A DNA stretch of 64,000 nucleotides from Octopus vulgaris (lineage: Eukaryota). The translations under genes were made by a program, and so were the position numbers. Position 1 is the stretch's first letter. The number at the start of each line of letters is the position of its first letter. The stretch is from assembly GCA_951406725.2 (NCBI GenBank), contig OX597828.1:18228001-18292000 (forward strand), given 5' to 3'. Of the stretch, positions 39,436 to 54,765 are shown piece after piece. The notes beneath the pieces are model-generated. The model did not search any database and was not told the DNA's origin. It saw nothing but the letters and a program-made list of their open reading frames with translations.

Positions 39436-40626
39436 AAACCTTCAGTAAAATGGCTAATGACAATAGAAAAGTTATAATCGAATGTTTCTAAGAGAATGAA
39501 CTCCTCTTAAATGACTAAAACCTTACCATGAGATGCTAGAATTACAGATTCTAGCACTCTAATGCGCCTGAAATTATATCTTTCGATTCCTATAATAGGA
39601 GAGGCTGATAAAAATGTTATTTTCAATTTAGTTTCGTGCCTATCCTCATCTAGGGTAACCAGTGATGGCTAATCGTGAAACAAGCGGCCGAAATGGGAAT
39701 CATCCCACGAAGTTCTGGGGTAACGTTACTACAGAGTGTTCCTAGTTCGGAGATCGTGGGGCTGTCTCCAGTTTGCGCCCTTACTTCTCTGCCTTGAGAT
39801 TTCATGACTCCGATACGACTGCCATGTAATTAAAATGTCACAGAAATGACACACAAGACATATTCTTGAAGCCAAAACAACCGACGAGAGACAGAAATAA
39901 ATCAAGAATGGTACGGTTGGATAGAATCCTTAGTCCCAGTTATTCGAGCTTCGGAATCTAACCAGGAAGGCAGATCTAATGGCGGGTGCTTTTGAGAGGA
40001 CTACTACAATACTTGAAACCTGTGCTGGTCAAATAAGTGAAAATTAATCTAAATACGAATTATGTTTCTACGTCTTCATAAGCTAAACTCCAATCGTTTA
40101 AACTATTGAGAACGTCATCGTTGTCAACACCATTTTTCTAAGCAATATCTTTCGTATAGTTTTTGATTCCAACTTCAACAGCCTCCTTCGTGTACTTATT
40201 TTTCTTTTCTTCTTGTCAATGTATAATATACAAAATTATCAGAGGTGACTTCTTGCGTAGCAATTTGAAGTAGATTTGGCTCCTATTACTAGCACGTCAA
40301 ACAGCAGCTTAAGGAGCTGCTTTAATAACTCGAGTATTGTCGACGGAACGTTAAGTATTACCCTGACTCATTGTGCATCATATTGACGATATCTACTCTC
40401 TAAGCATATTTGCTAAGTAACTGATGAGTAAATTCTATAATTTTATGGAGACTAAATAGCTACTAATGTATATAATTTGCATACTTAAAACCTAGATATT
40501 CAGAAATATGAGACTACTAAAAACGGCTGCAATAAACAATATACAGGACAAATGTTTCATGTTATCTTGAAGTTCGGCGTATTGTGACATATTTCAGGAG
40601 ACTATCTGATCTACAACTTACAAGCC

Positions 40627-40670
<44 letters not shown>

Positions 40671-41145
40671 TACATGTATATTATATATACTTTGATAATA
40701 CTTTGATAAACACCAATGTACCCCGCATGATCATATTCCTGCGATAATGTCAACTGTTTGACCCTACGTTATCAGACTTAACCATAGACACTGATAAGGC
40801 TTGTGGCGACTTTTTTCTATTTTTTTTCCTTGTTTTTCTTTCACAGATTGTTCAGATGGGCATTTGTGACATTTATAATTTACCCCAAGGGTTAGCAAAG
40901 TAAGCAAAATATCTCCAAGCAGTAAAATGAACATTGATCGATTTCTGCCGCTATTTGCTACACTGCGCTTCTACTGGTTCCATTCTTCCCTAAAACCATT
41001 TGACGGAGTCCTTGATGGAGCATTGCTTAGATTGCACTGCACTGACTGTTCCAACACTCTACACTCCGAGGTCACTTTTTCACTTTCATCTCTTTGGTAT
41101 TGATAAATAAAGTCCCAGTTCTTGAATGAAGTCGACTTTTCTTAT

Positions 41146-41220
<75 letters not shown>

Positions 41221-41834
41221 ATATCTATCTGACTGTCTCTTTTTGGAACAAGTCGATTGTAGTCAGACTTGGAGAGGGATATACTCCACATTGCCTAAAA
41301 TTTTAAAAATCGCTGATTGTCTCGATGGAGCAGCTTCGACTCTACCAGAAATTGAGGGCCCATGAGAGAAAGATCCTCAATTATTTTAAGTTATTCTGTT
41401 TCGATTCATTTACATTGCATCCCATTGGTACCAAACTCGACAACTTTCCTGCCAATATAGTTCTCAATCCACTGACAGAGCTTCGTAATGGCCAATCGAT
41501 TTACAAGAAATAGCAGCCATATAGCTCTCTAGTCATACCCTGCTACTTTAAAGTATGAAAGACACATATGATATCATGGTCATGTGTTTGTACACTGCCT
41601 GAAAAAATATGGGATGTTCAACACGATTTGACTATCTTTGAACATAGGTTTGCTTGATCCACCCGGGATATTCAGCAAACCACCATAAACGAAGGGCATT
41701 TTTCCTTTCTTTCAATTTATCACATATTAGGAAATAGGCAAGAGTGACTGATTGGACAGAGGTTTCTTTTGTAAGTCAATAGGCTTCTGAAAATAGTAAA
41801 AGCTCTATTTCGTCTCATTACACTTTACTCTGTA

Positions 41835-41952
41835 TTCTTTTACTTGTTTCAGTCATTTGACGAACCTCTAAGTTACAGGGACGTAAACACACCAACATGA
41901 GTTGTCAAGCGATGTTATGGTGACAAATATATACACACAAACACATACACAC

Positions 41953-41983
<31 letters not shown>

Positions 41984-42146
41984 CGACGGGCTTCTTTCAG
42001 TTTCCGTCTACCAAATCCACTCACAAGACTTTGGTCGACCCGAGGCTACAGCAGAAGATACTTGCCCAAGGTGCCACGCAGTGGGACTGAACCCGGAACC
42101 ATGTGGTTCGTAAGCAAGCTACATACCACACAGCCACTCCTACGCC
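41835..42146 (-). mobile_element. SINE family B with internal deletion
   Basis: Matches the other B copies. Confidence 0.88.
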
Positions 42147-42702
42147 TGTCGAGGAAAATTGTAGAGAAAAATTGTAGAACTCTGTGATCATTGAGAAAAT
42201 TATCCTAGTAAACTTATTTAATAATCATGGAATAAAATATTTGGTAAATTTCTAGTGTTCGGCCAAAAGCCGTATATGATTAACCAGTTCTCTGATCAAA
42301 ATGTTCCAGCCATGGCCATTCCGACAAATATTCAAACAGTGTCTCTAGTACAACATCAACCATAACGCAGACGACCATATGCTAAACTACACACCAAGCA
42401 ACAAACTATATCTTCACTCAAATTAATTGCCATAGAGTTTGAAATGCCAGCTGCCTTGTACATATTAACCTCGTCTGCTGCATGAAGTCCCTGCCATTCC
42501 TTAGCACTTAAAGTAACGAAGTATGAAACTATAAAAAATATCCTTTGCTTTGAAATTTGTTGTGTTGATTCTATTCATCATCTAGTACAGGAGTTTCGAT
42601 TATAAACATAAGATTATATTATATTTAATTATAAACTTTAAATTATATCAAGGAATCCAAGGATCAAAAAAACGTACAGAAAACCGAGTCATTATATTCT
42701 TC

Positions 42703-42866
42703 GTACTGTTTTTAAGATGATACGATATTGTTTGTTGGAAATTTAGCCAGTATATTTAGCGGATCGAACAAATACACTTTCGTTGTACTGTTTTTAAGAT
42801 GGTAGGATATTGTTTGTTGGAAATTTAGCCAGTATATTTAGCGGATCGAACGAATACACTTTCGTT
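42703..42866. repeat. 82-bp tandem duplication
   Basis: gtactgtttttaagatg...tacactttcgtt at 42703-42784 and 42785-42866. Confidence 0.95.
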
Positions 42867-43197
42867 GCCTCGCTAACATGTACGTTAACTAGAGAAAATT
42901 GTGTGAGCGAACAATATATTGTAAATGTGTGTCTGTGTTCAAGCTTGTCATTTTGTGCGTGTACGTGTGTACGTGTGTATGGATATTTTCACTATTTGGC
43001 ATTAAAATTATTGAAATGGTTGCGATAGAAATGTTTGCGAAGGAATAAGGTTTTAGATTTACCGTGGAAAGCAATGGAGGAGGTGAAAATCATAGTGAAT
43101 CGATAGGGAAACACAATTAGGTAAATATATTAAGAAACAAGAACTTACGTAATTGAGAACTGAGAACTGCACTACATCCAAATCTGCCAACTGAGTT

Positions 43198-43250
<53 letters not shown>

Positions 43251-44026
43251 AAGAGAGAGGGGGAGGATAAAGGGAAGTGTTGTTAAAGAGATTAAAATGT
43301 GATACGATCATATAAAAGGGGAAAAAATGCATCTCTTCATTTGAACTAGGCGGATGATAGATGTGATAAATTGCTTTGGTGACATTAGAATGAGATAAGA
43401 TCAGTCACAGAATTTGAAGTGAATATGGTCATTAAATAGATATATAGTAGAAACGTATAAATATCGATTACAGTAAGTTATTCGCAATTGATCTTTAATC
43501 ATCATGTCGCTAGAGAGTTCCAATTATTTCGCTGAACATTCCGATAAACACTCGGTCAAATATTCTTTGAAGATTTATTATATGCAATTGGCAATTGATG
43601 TATCAGATTATTTTAATTAAATAAATAAAACCTGACTTCTTTTCCTAGCTACAACGTTTCTGTTGTTGTAACTTTGGTGTGGTGAGTACTGCCGATTGAC
43701 TGACCTTCAAAACCAGAGCATGGATGAGATTAAACTTGATAATTATTAGGTTTTTCGTTTATTTGATACTGATTAAGTGTTTGACTGTGGCACATAAATA
43801 ACCGGCAATTTAGGTTCGAGGATGGAAAAGTGAAATTGTCACGTTAATTTTTTACGAAGATATCATCAGATTGGTGCCTTGTAAATAAGGAGAAATTATC
43901 TCAAATGGGTTTTCATTTAGCGGTTTCGTTCCATGTTTTCTGGGAGCTTGCTTCTTACATTAGACTCCCCACATAAGTTGGTACTTAAATAAGGCTTCAA
44001 ATTTCAATAGGAGAACAGAAATTTTA

Positions 44027-44413
44027 AGGCGGCGAGCTGGCAGAAACGTTAGCACGCCGGGTGAAATATTACCGGTATTTCATCTGCCGCAACGTTCTGA
44101 GTTCAAATTCCGCCGAGGTCGACTTTGCCTTTCATCGATTAAATATGCATCAGTTACACACTGGGGTCGATATAATCGACTTAATCCGTTTGTCTGTCCT
44201 TGTTTGTCCTTTCTGTGTTTAGCCCCTTGTGGGTAGTAAATAAATAAGTATTTCGTCTGCCGTTACGTTCTGAGTTCAAATTCCGCCGAGATCAACTTTG
44301 CCTTTCATCCTTTCGGGATCGATAAACTAAGTACCAGTAGCATCCTGGGGTCGATCTAATCGACTGGTACTCTCCCTCAAAATTTCAGACCTTGTGCCTA
44401 GAGTAGAAAAGAA
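44027..44413 (+). mobile_element. SINE family A dimer
   Basis: Head, two modules and tail. Confidence 0.9.
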
Positions 44414-44949
44414 TTTTAGTCATTACATTCGCTAATATTTTCTCCCGACAATCACACATAAGTAAAATTTCGAAATGATGGATCTGCCAAACGAGTGAGG
44501 GCAGTGTCGATCTTTAGGTTCTGCTGAGTCTCTAAGATTTGTGTAATACAGGGAGAAGATGATTCTCAGACGATGATCAGTGTTGAAGAATTGAAACAGA
44601 GTGGGCTTAGGTAAGAGTATTCAGTGCCCAAATGGAAGTGTTTAACTGGGCGGTGGGATCAAGAACGTGCAAGGAAGGTTAGTCAAAAATTTAGTAATGT
44701 TGAGGATAGGATAATCGATACAATTGGTCAAGGCTTAATTTATTGAGACCTGGAATGAAGAAAAGCAAAGTTGGCCTTAGTAGTATTCGAACTCAGAATA
44801 CAAAGATCCGGAAGAAATTCAGCAAAGCATTTTTCCAACGCTCTAATAATCCTACCAGCTCGCTACCTTCGTTCCCATTATCCGTTAATATATCTTTTAA
44901 ATTTTGGCAAAAGATTAGTACATCTAGGGGAAGGGATATAAGTATTTAC

Positions 44950-45533
44950 CCCAGATGAATGCTGCTGCATTCATTTGGGGTGAGTTCAACCAGCTCCGAC
45001 CAACAAGTAGTTTATGCTCGGAGAAATACGAGTTTCTATGTAGTTCCCGCTCACCTGTATACGCACTTTGGAATGGTGTGATCCTTAGCAGCCCATCTTG
45101 CTGTCTATTGTCGATGGTTAGAGCATTCCTGTAAAAATAAAGTTTAAATGAGATGGTCACATCCAGAAAGACTTGATCTTGTCGTAGAGGATTCGCTGAT
45201 CAGGTCACCGCCGATTCTCGAAGCATACGTAGCCTGGGTTTTGTGCAAGTTTTTGAAGCAAGCCTTAACAAAAGCTAATGGGTCCCTGTCTCCTAGAAAC
45301 CTTCCAGCACGCCGGACAACAATCCGAAATTTCTGAGGGACCGTATCACTGCTAGACAGTCGTTGAACCTACACTGAATTCATCTCTCCTTTTAAAAGAA
45401 ATTGTTTTTTAGTCCAGCTTTGTTTTCTAGCAGCCCTCCTAACCAGGCAAGCCTAGTTGGGGTGCCGCTTTAGTCACCGACGACCGGAACCATGACACAA
45501 GTTGTATTTGATTCCCTATTACCAGTAGTACTC
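44950..45533 (-). mobile_element. Probable RTE-type LINE 5' UTR fragment, diverged relative of 57230-57580
   Basis: Shares the start gagt(a/g)ctactggtaa and the blocks ggtcgtcgg(t/c)gactaaa, aggaggg and tagcttttgtta. Confidence 0.5.
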
Positions 45534-45974
45534 CTGAGAGACCTCACAAGTGACCTGACCTGAAGGGCTAAGTTGACTACATCTCACCTAATGCTCAACA
45601 GGTTTATATTTTATTCAACACCGAAAAGATGAAAAAAAACAAAGTCGACCTCAGCGGGGATTGAAATTAAATTCCTCAATCCATTTTTTTCTGACGCTCT
45701 AATGTTTCCACAAGTTTACCGCCTTCGCTTCTCTCTTATCTCTCAAAATCATCGAACACTTGCATCAGCTTGGGTCAATATAACATAGAACATGCGGCAT
45801 ATGAGGTGTGTATGACCTATGAAGATTAGAAGCTGCAGAAACAGACTAAATATTCTAAATTCTAGCAAAAGGAGAATGTCTGTCTGTTTAAAGAAATCTT
45901 TAAAAATATATAAAAATATACCTGTCAAAGGAAGAGACATATACATCAAACACTATCGATGTCTGCAGTTTGTA

Positions 45975-46300
45975 CGTATGTATGTGTGTGTGTATACATA
46001 TATATATATGTATGTGTGTATATATATATCTATGTATGTGTGTATACATATATATTCATGTGTGTGTATACATATATATATATATGTATACATATATATA
46101 TATGTATGTGTATATATATATATATATGCATGTGTATATACATATATATATGTATGTGTATGTGTGTGTATATATATGTATGTGTGTATACATATATATG
46201 TATGCGTGCATACATATATGTGTATGTGTGTATACATATATGTGTATATGTGTATAAATATATATGTATGTGTATATATATATGTGTGTATACATATGTT

Positions 46301-46348
<48 letters not shown>

Positions 46349-46552
46349 TGTATGTTGTGTGTGTATATGTATATATATATGCATGTATGTGCGTGTGTAT
46401 GTATGTATATCTATATCTATCTTTATATACGTTTATGTGTGAATATACTCAAGATGTATATATGTATTGGAATGAGTAAGCGTTTGCAAGAATGTGCTTA
46501 TATCTAACAGTATCTCTCTGCGTATGTATATGCATGTTACTATTTTGTAAAG

Positions 46553-46617
<65 letters not shown>

Positions 46618-46955
46618 TTGGAACTACATATGTTTGTATGCATTCAACAATGTGTACAATGTGTACGCGTATATATATGTCTGTGTGTGTGTGTGTGTTT
46701 GTGTGTGAGTGTGTGTGTCTGTCTGTCTGTGAGTGTGTGTGTGTCTGTGAGTATGTGGCGTGTGTGTATATTTCGGTATGTATGGCTTGATGGATGGATG
46801 GATGGTGTGTGAATGATAGATTACCTGTCTATATGTATGCAGGTATATCCGTACCCATACATGATAGGTGTATACTTACATGCTTACTCATGTATGTATA
46901 TATGTGTGCATAAATATCTGCCTGCGTCTATATCTCACCATGTATGTAATCACGC

Positions 46956-46994
<39 letters not shown>

Positions 46995-47023
46995 TGCACA
47001 TATGTATGTATGTATATATACAT

Positions 47024-47065
<42 letters not shown>

Positions 47066-47165
47066 GGAGAGAGGCACGTACTTACCTACACACATACGTA
47101 TGTATATATGTATGCAAATATACCATGGTATATATATACTTATATACATATATGTGTATTTATGC

Positions 47166-47199
<34 letters not shown>

Positions 47200-47265
47200 G
47201 TATATGAGGGTGTATATTTGTACACATGCCTAAATAGTTCATTCAGATGTATATACATATATACA
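45975..47265. repeat. (TA)n/(TG)n/(GA)n microsatellite field
   Basis: Direct inspection. Confidence 0.95.
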
Positions 47266-47907
47266 TATATTCTACCATTCAACAAACAAATGCCTGCAGG
47301 CGTACACATAAGGCGTTCTTATCAGAAAGCTACGTAAAAAATCTCCAAAAAAAAAAAAGAAAAAAGAAAAAGAAACCCAGCTCTTTGCAACCATTAATAC
47401 GATAATTCTGAGATTATCAAGACCATGATAAAACAAATCGTTGTGCAAGAGCCACATCAGATAATGCTTTACGTCACATTAATCTTTCTGAACTTTGTTG
47501 TCAACCCAGCTGCCAGCGAACAACTTTTTCTTCGCAATCAGCATTTCTCGTTTAGATGTTTGTCTTTTTTTTTTTTTTTCTTAAATCTTTTCCCCAGAGC
47601 TAATTAGAACTTGGAATAGTATTCTTTGATAAATTCTTTGGTAGAAGACACTTGGACTATCACATCTGCATTTAGCTTGTGTCAGCTACAATGAAATGCC
47701 CGATGAATTTTAAATCTAGTTGTTGGTCCTTGGTCATGTTGGAGTTATTGCTGGTTGCGCTGGTCTGTAGTTCAATTTCAAGCTTATCGTGTAACTCTCT
47801 CGCTAAAAGAGTTCCACTGGTTTCCAACGTTTCTTATTTTCTTATTTGTGATAGCGTTGACGTTTCACTGCTACCATGACAACTAACGTCATTTCTTCCT
47901 TGCCTAT

Positions 47908-48395
47908 AGGAGCAAGCGTGGCTGTGTGGTATTTCGTCTGTCTTTACGTTCTGAGTTCGAATTCCGCTGAGGTCATTCTTTCGAGGTTGATAAATTAAGT
48001 ACCTATTTCTTTATTACCTACAAGGGGCTAAACACAGAGGGAACAAACAAGGACAGACATAGGTATTAAGTCGATTACCTCGACCCCAGTGCGTAACTGG
48101 TACTTAATTTATCGACCCCGAAAGGATGAAAGGCAAAGTAGACCTCGGCGGAAATTAAGTACCAGTTACGCACTAGGGTTGATGTAATCGACTTAATCCC
48201 TTTGTCTGTCCTTGTTTGTCCCTCCACTATGTTTAGCTCCTTGTGGGCAATAAAGAAATAAGAAGCTTGCTTCCCAACCATATGGTTCTGGGTTCACTCC
48301 TACTGCGTGGCACCTTGGGCAAGCGTCTTCTACTATAGCCTCGGGTTAACCAAAGCCTTGTGAGTGCATTTCGGTAGATGGAAAAACTGAAAGAA
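47908..48395 (+). mobile_element. Family B SINE 5' half containing a foldback of family A fragments (47931-48260)
   Basis: B head is split after gtggta and resumes at agaagcttgcttccc. The A pieces lie in +/-/+ orientation. Confidence 0.82.
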
Positions 48396-48614
48396 TCTGA
48401 GCCAACGGAGAGCAGTTACAACTTGATGAGTGGCTAAAAAGTATCAACAGCAGTGTACCTTACAGTCATGACCTGGGTGCGGCCCAACTCCATTAGAGTG
48501 TATTAAATTAAGGGCTGAAACACTTGCCCGATTGGGGTTTCTTCTCTGAAGACCTTCTTCTGTTCAGCTCTCTTGAAATTTTCTTACCACTCATAGTCTG
48601 TCTAGGATAAAAAG

Positions 48615-48948
48615 GTAAATACCCCTTTTAGTCACGAATGACCATAGGATTGCACCTAGAAAGTTCCTTCCGACGCATGAGTCCAGATAAGTTTGTTTAT
48701 GGAAGATCAACAGTCGCCCATGCATACCAGCTTCCCTCTTCACACCACCGTTGTTACCCAAAGGAATGGCAAAGGTCACTGAAGCTTGGCACCGGTGACG
48801 TCGCAGCTCATTTCTATAGCTGAGTGAACTGGAGCAACATGAAATAAAGCGTCTTGCTCAAGAACACAACACATAGCTCAGTCCAGGAATCGAACTCACA
48901 ACCTCACGATTGTGAGCCCGATGCTCTAACCACTGATCAATGCGCCGT
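48615..48948 (-). mobile_element. SINE family D
   Basis: Homologous along its length to 29378-29707. Confidence 0.85.
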
Positions 48949-48994
48949 CTAGGATTATATCGTGTATTGTATCCTCACTCGCTTTTATTCTTTA

Positions 48995-49378
48995 CTAGCA
49001 GTATCGCCCGGCGTTGCTCAGGTTTGTAAGGGAAATAACTATAAAGCATTTTTAGAGAGTTTTAGCCAAAAAATAGCAAAAAAATGGAAAAAAAATGATG
49101 GTAAATTTTTTTTGAGAGTTAAAAAAGGTCGAGTTGCGTCCCCTAGACAGTCTGTGGTTTGTGTTTCTGATTCTCGACCCCATGTCGAATTTATCGATTT
49201 TTTCAGAACTGGGGGAACTTTTCAAAATTTTCGCTGCGTTAGTTTTGAATTATGACATTGGGCTATGTGTGTGTCAAGTTTCATCAGAATCGGTTGAAAG
49301 CCGTGGTCAGGGTGAGGGTACAACCAAACAGACACACAGAAACACACACAGACAAACTGCCGCTTATATATAGAGAGA
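48995..49378 (-). mobile_element. Non-autonomous Helitron
   Basis: Minus strand starts A|TC and ends CTAG|T, with subterminal hairpin gagcaacgccgggc and a gtct/gtgt microsatellite near the 5' end. No TSD. Confidence 0.85.
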
Positions 49379-49556
49379 TATTTCTTGCAAATATAATAGT
49401 ATTAAAATTGAAGGCTATTTGACTGCTATTTTTTTTTTTATAAGTGTAGTTTTATTAGTTTTTTACCATGCCAATTCCTGGTCAGTAAGACACTATGTTA
49501 CTATGATGGATATTTTAAGAGTATTTAGTTTCAGTAGCCCTTGGCTTTGGCTTCTA

Positions 49557-50658
49557 TCAGGTCGTCCCATATGTTCTGTCTTGGCTTGCGAAAGTTATGT
49601 CCCACAAATGATTCTGTAAACTATGAAACAAATGGTAGTCTGAAGGAGCAAGGTCGGGAGAATAGGGTGGTTGAGGAATTTTTTCCCAACCAAGTTCTTC
49701 GATCGTCTGTGATGTGATATTTGCAGTATGGGATCGCGCATTGTCCTGATGAAACAGAACTCCTTTTCGTTTCACTAAAGTGGGTCTTTTGTTTTCTTCA
49801 AAGCTTGGTTCAAACGCTCTAATTGCTGACAGCAGACTTGAGCATTGATTGTTCCATTAGGTGGTAACAATTCAAAGAGAATTACTCCTTTGCAATCCCA
49901 CCAGATAGAGAGAAGAACATTTTTTTATATGAAGTTCCTTTCTCGGTTGTGGTTGAGCTATTTCCCTTTTCCCAAGTCACTTTTTACAACGTTTAACATT
50001 TCGATACGAGATCCATATTTCGTCACCAGTCACAAGTCTATCAAGAACGGGTGAAATGAGTTCGCGAGAATGAAGAGAAGAGCAGATGTCAACCGGGGAT
50101 TTGCGGTTGCTTTCGGACAATTCATGAGACATTCATTTTCCAAGTTTAGGAACCATTCCAAGTTATTGAAGATGATGATGAACAGTTGTATGGTTTGAAC
50201 TAATCTTTATTGCCGATTCTTCAACTGATAATGCAGGATATTCTTCAAGTATGCCTCAAGGAGCTTATCATCAAACTCAACTGAACGTCCTGTTCGATTT
50301 TCATCTTCAAGGCTGAAATCTCCACTTCTGAATTTTGCAAACCATCTTCTGCAAGTTCTTTCATTCAAGCATTCTTTCCCATAAACTGTGTAGTATGAGT
50401 CGCTTCATCTGCAGAGTTTCCTTTTTTGTACTCATAAAGTATTGTGTATCTTAAATGCTCTTTGGATACTTCCATGTTAGAAAGGGTTTTAATCAAAGAA
50501 ATTTAATTCTATTATTCTGTAAAATAATATTTAATTAGTTTAAATGTACACAAATGCATAAAGATATTTTTAAATTCCATTAGACATTCTAAAATACTAT
50601 TAAATTTCATTCAATTTTTAAAAAGGTACAATCGGGCAGAACTTATGGGATGACCTGA
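49557..50658 (-). mobile_element. Mariner (DD34D) transposon, pseudogenised with 3' internal deletion
   Basis: TA-flanked TIRs tcaggtcgtcccatatgttctg / cagaacttatgggatgacctga. HQDNARSH...PYSPDLAPSDYHLF with 34-residue spacing. Confidence 0.93.
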
Positions 50659-50746
50659 TAGTACGAACACAAGGGCCCAGGCCCAGTTTTCATTTCACTC
50701 TTCTAGGCTAAATTTATTATCACTAAAATACGGATTAATATATTCT

Positions 50747-51175
50747 TTTCTACTCCTAAGCACAAGGCCCGAAATTTTGGGGGAAGGGGCCAGTCGATTA
50801 GATCGACTCCAGTACACAACTGGTACTTAGCTTATTGGCCCCGAAAGGATGAAAGTTAAAGTCGACATCGACGGAAATTGAACTCAGAGCATAATGACAC
50901 GAAATGCAGCTAAGCATTTCGCCCGACGTGCTAACCTGTATGCCAGCTCACCGCCTTCGGATTAATATATTCTGTATCAAGGAAAACAGCGAGCTGAACA
51001 TATTTAGCAGCATTTCGTCTGGCTTCACGTCCTGAGTTCAAATTCTGCCGAGGACAAATTTGATTTCCATCCTTTCAGGGTAGATAAAATGAGTACCACT
51101 TCAGCATCGGGGTCGATGTAATCGACTTAGACCCTCCAAAGATCTTGCTGGCCTTGTGCTAAAATTTGAAAACAA
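50747..51175. mobile_element. Two divergently oriented family A SINEs with overlapping TSDs
   Basis: Minus copy TSD cggattaatatattct at 50731-50746 and 50958-50973. Plus copy is flanked by aatatattctgtatcaag / aatatactctgtcaag. Confidence 0.85.
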
Positions 51176-51571
51176 TATACTCTGTCAAGAAAGATTATAT
51201 TAAGATGCAATAAATATATTTGCAGTATGGCCTCTTTTCCTTGCAGCGCCCTGATCTCATATCTTCACCACTCATATCTTCATAACTATTTTTGTAACTC
51301 ATTCCTGCTTTCCACTGCTGACCTCCGGATTCTTTGCCACGTTCTTATCTTCCCACCGGGTATTAACCAGCTATTGCTGCCACCTGGGAATAGAAACTAT
51401 GTCGTTTTCTCGGATTAAGACGAATTTACCACCTGATTTAAGAGGTTTCTCTTATTCTATAACTATAGTAACGGAAATATGAAAGAAAAACTCTTTTAAA
51501 GGTGCAGCAAAATGTGTGCGCGTGTGTAAATGTGCATGTGCTTTTGTGTGTGTGTGTGTGTATGTGTGCAT

Positions 51572-51601
<30 letters not shown>

Positions 51602-51607
<6 letters not shown>

Positions 51608-51713
51608 TATATAGAAGGAGTTCTACAGGACTAGTACTGTTTCATTCAAGAGAAATCTTTCCAAGATTTCTCTTGAATGAAACAGTACTATAAACTCCTT
51701 CTATATAATAAAT
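51602..51713. repeat. Near-perfect hairpin: 28-bp inner stem, 3-nt loop, 21-bp outer stem
   Basis: 51632-51659 pairs with 51663-51690 and 51602-51622 pairs with 51693-51713. Confidence 0.95.
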
Positions 51714-51779
51714 TAATTTTACTCTGCTATGTATTGAGTACCTTACTTACTGTGGTTAACCCCGAATCAACCCGGGACC

Positions 51780-52950
<1,171 letters not shown>

Positions 52951-53294
52951 ATGATCATATTACATATGAAAAACTAAACGAATAGCTACGTTTGCATAGT
53001 ATAAGTACACACATGTTAACACACACATGCATTCACTTGCAAGAAGAAAAAAACATTCACGAAGGAGCAAAAAAAGACATATATATTTACATATACTTGT
53101 TGGGTACACGTAGAGGCACAGTTACATACGCATGTTGAAACACATGCACACATCAAACACGAAGACAAAGAAATATGCACAAACATTCAAAACTGCATAT
53201 TATATCTAAAAAAATACCAAAAGAAACATCAACGAAAATAATAGATACAACAAAACCTAAATGAAAAACCAGCATACCAACAACTATAACAGCA

Positions 53295-53368
53295 ATAAGA
53301 GTAATAATAATAATAATAATAAAAATAATAATAATAATAATATTATTATTAATAATAATAATAATGAT

Positions 53369-53424
<56 letters not shown>

Positions 53425-53536
53425 TAATAATAATAATAATATTAATAATAATAATAATAATAATAATGATATTAATAATTATAGTAATAATAATAATAAT
53501 TATAATAATAATGATATTAATAATAATAATAATAAT

Positions 53537-53576
<40 letters not shown>

Positions 53577-53596
53577 TTAATAATAATAATAATAAT

Positions 53597-53682
<86 letters not shown>

Positions 53683-53817
53683 TAATAATAATAATGATAA
53701 TAATAATAATAATAATAACAACAATAATAATAAGAAGAAGAAGATGAAGAAAAAGAAGAAGGAAAGAAGAAGAAGAAGAAGAAGAATGATAATAACGATG
53801 ATGATGATGATAATAAC
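53295..53817. repeat. (AAT)n tract followed by (AAG)n and (GAT)n
   Basis: Direct inspection. Confidence 0.95.
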
Positions 53818-54019
53818 AGCAATGTTGCACGAGATTTTCCCAAGTATCAATGGCGTTGTGTCATTGATGAATAAATTAACTGTATTCCTAGTAATTTCCA
53901 TTAACTCAGGAATATAATGTTTGATCAAATGATTATCCTAATATTTAACATACTCCAGATTATACATTAGAGTTTGTTTAACTCGGTCTACAGTGTGTAT
54001 AACACATTTCAAGTAAATA

Positions 54020-54034
54020 TACGTACACATACCT

Positions 54035-54066
<32 letters not shown>

Positions 54067-54180
54067 GCGTATGTATATGTATATATGCATATGTGCCAGG
54101 GTTTATATGTATATATATATATATGTATAATCTTATATTCCATCTATTTTAAATACATTATATGTGTGTGCCAGTGTTTA

Positions 54181-54221
<41 letters not shown>

Positions 54222-54765
54222 ATATATAAATATATATGTGTGTGTCTTTGTTTGTGTGAGTGGGCTTGTGCCAGTGTTTATATGTATATATATATATGCA
54301 TATTTATATATATACGAAAATGTACATGCATGTATATATATACATATTTATGTATGTATACATATATATATACATTCATATGCAAATAAATTTAGATTTA
54401 GGTTTATATAAACATTTAATATATATATATATATGAATGTGTACATGCAAATATATACACATTTATGTATGTGTATATGTATAATATATATAAATCCGAA
54501 TATGTACATGCATATTTACATATATATATCTTTATGTATATTTATATATATATATATGTATGTATATATATATTATGCCTATATACATTCTTATATATAT
54601 ATATATATGTGTATATGTTTACGTATACCTATTTAAATATACAGATATACATATATATATACATGTGTATATATATATATGTACACACAGAGATACATAT
54701 GTGTGCATGCGTGTTTGTGTGTGTTTGTATGTATGTATGTTTGTATGTATGTGTACAAATATATA
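54020..54765. repeat. Degenerate (TA)n/(TG)n field
   Basis: Direct inspection. Confidence 0.9.

Noticed and set aside
47679-47879. Short ORF with a signal-peptide-like stretch and KR site
   Set aside because: No splice or homology support. The opposite strand also reads as interrupted coding-like sequence, so chance or a decayed element is as likely.
53153-53928. Poly-Asn/Ile/Leu ORFs over 200 aa
   Set aside because: (AAT)n microsatellite.
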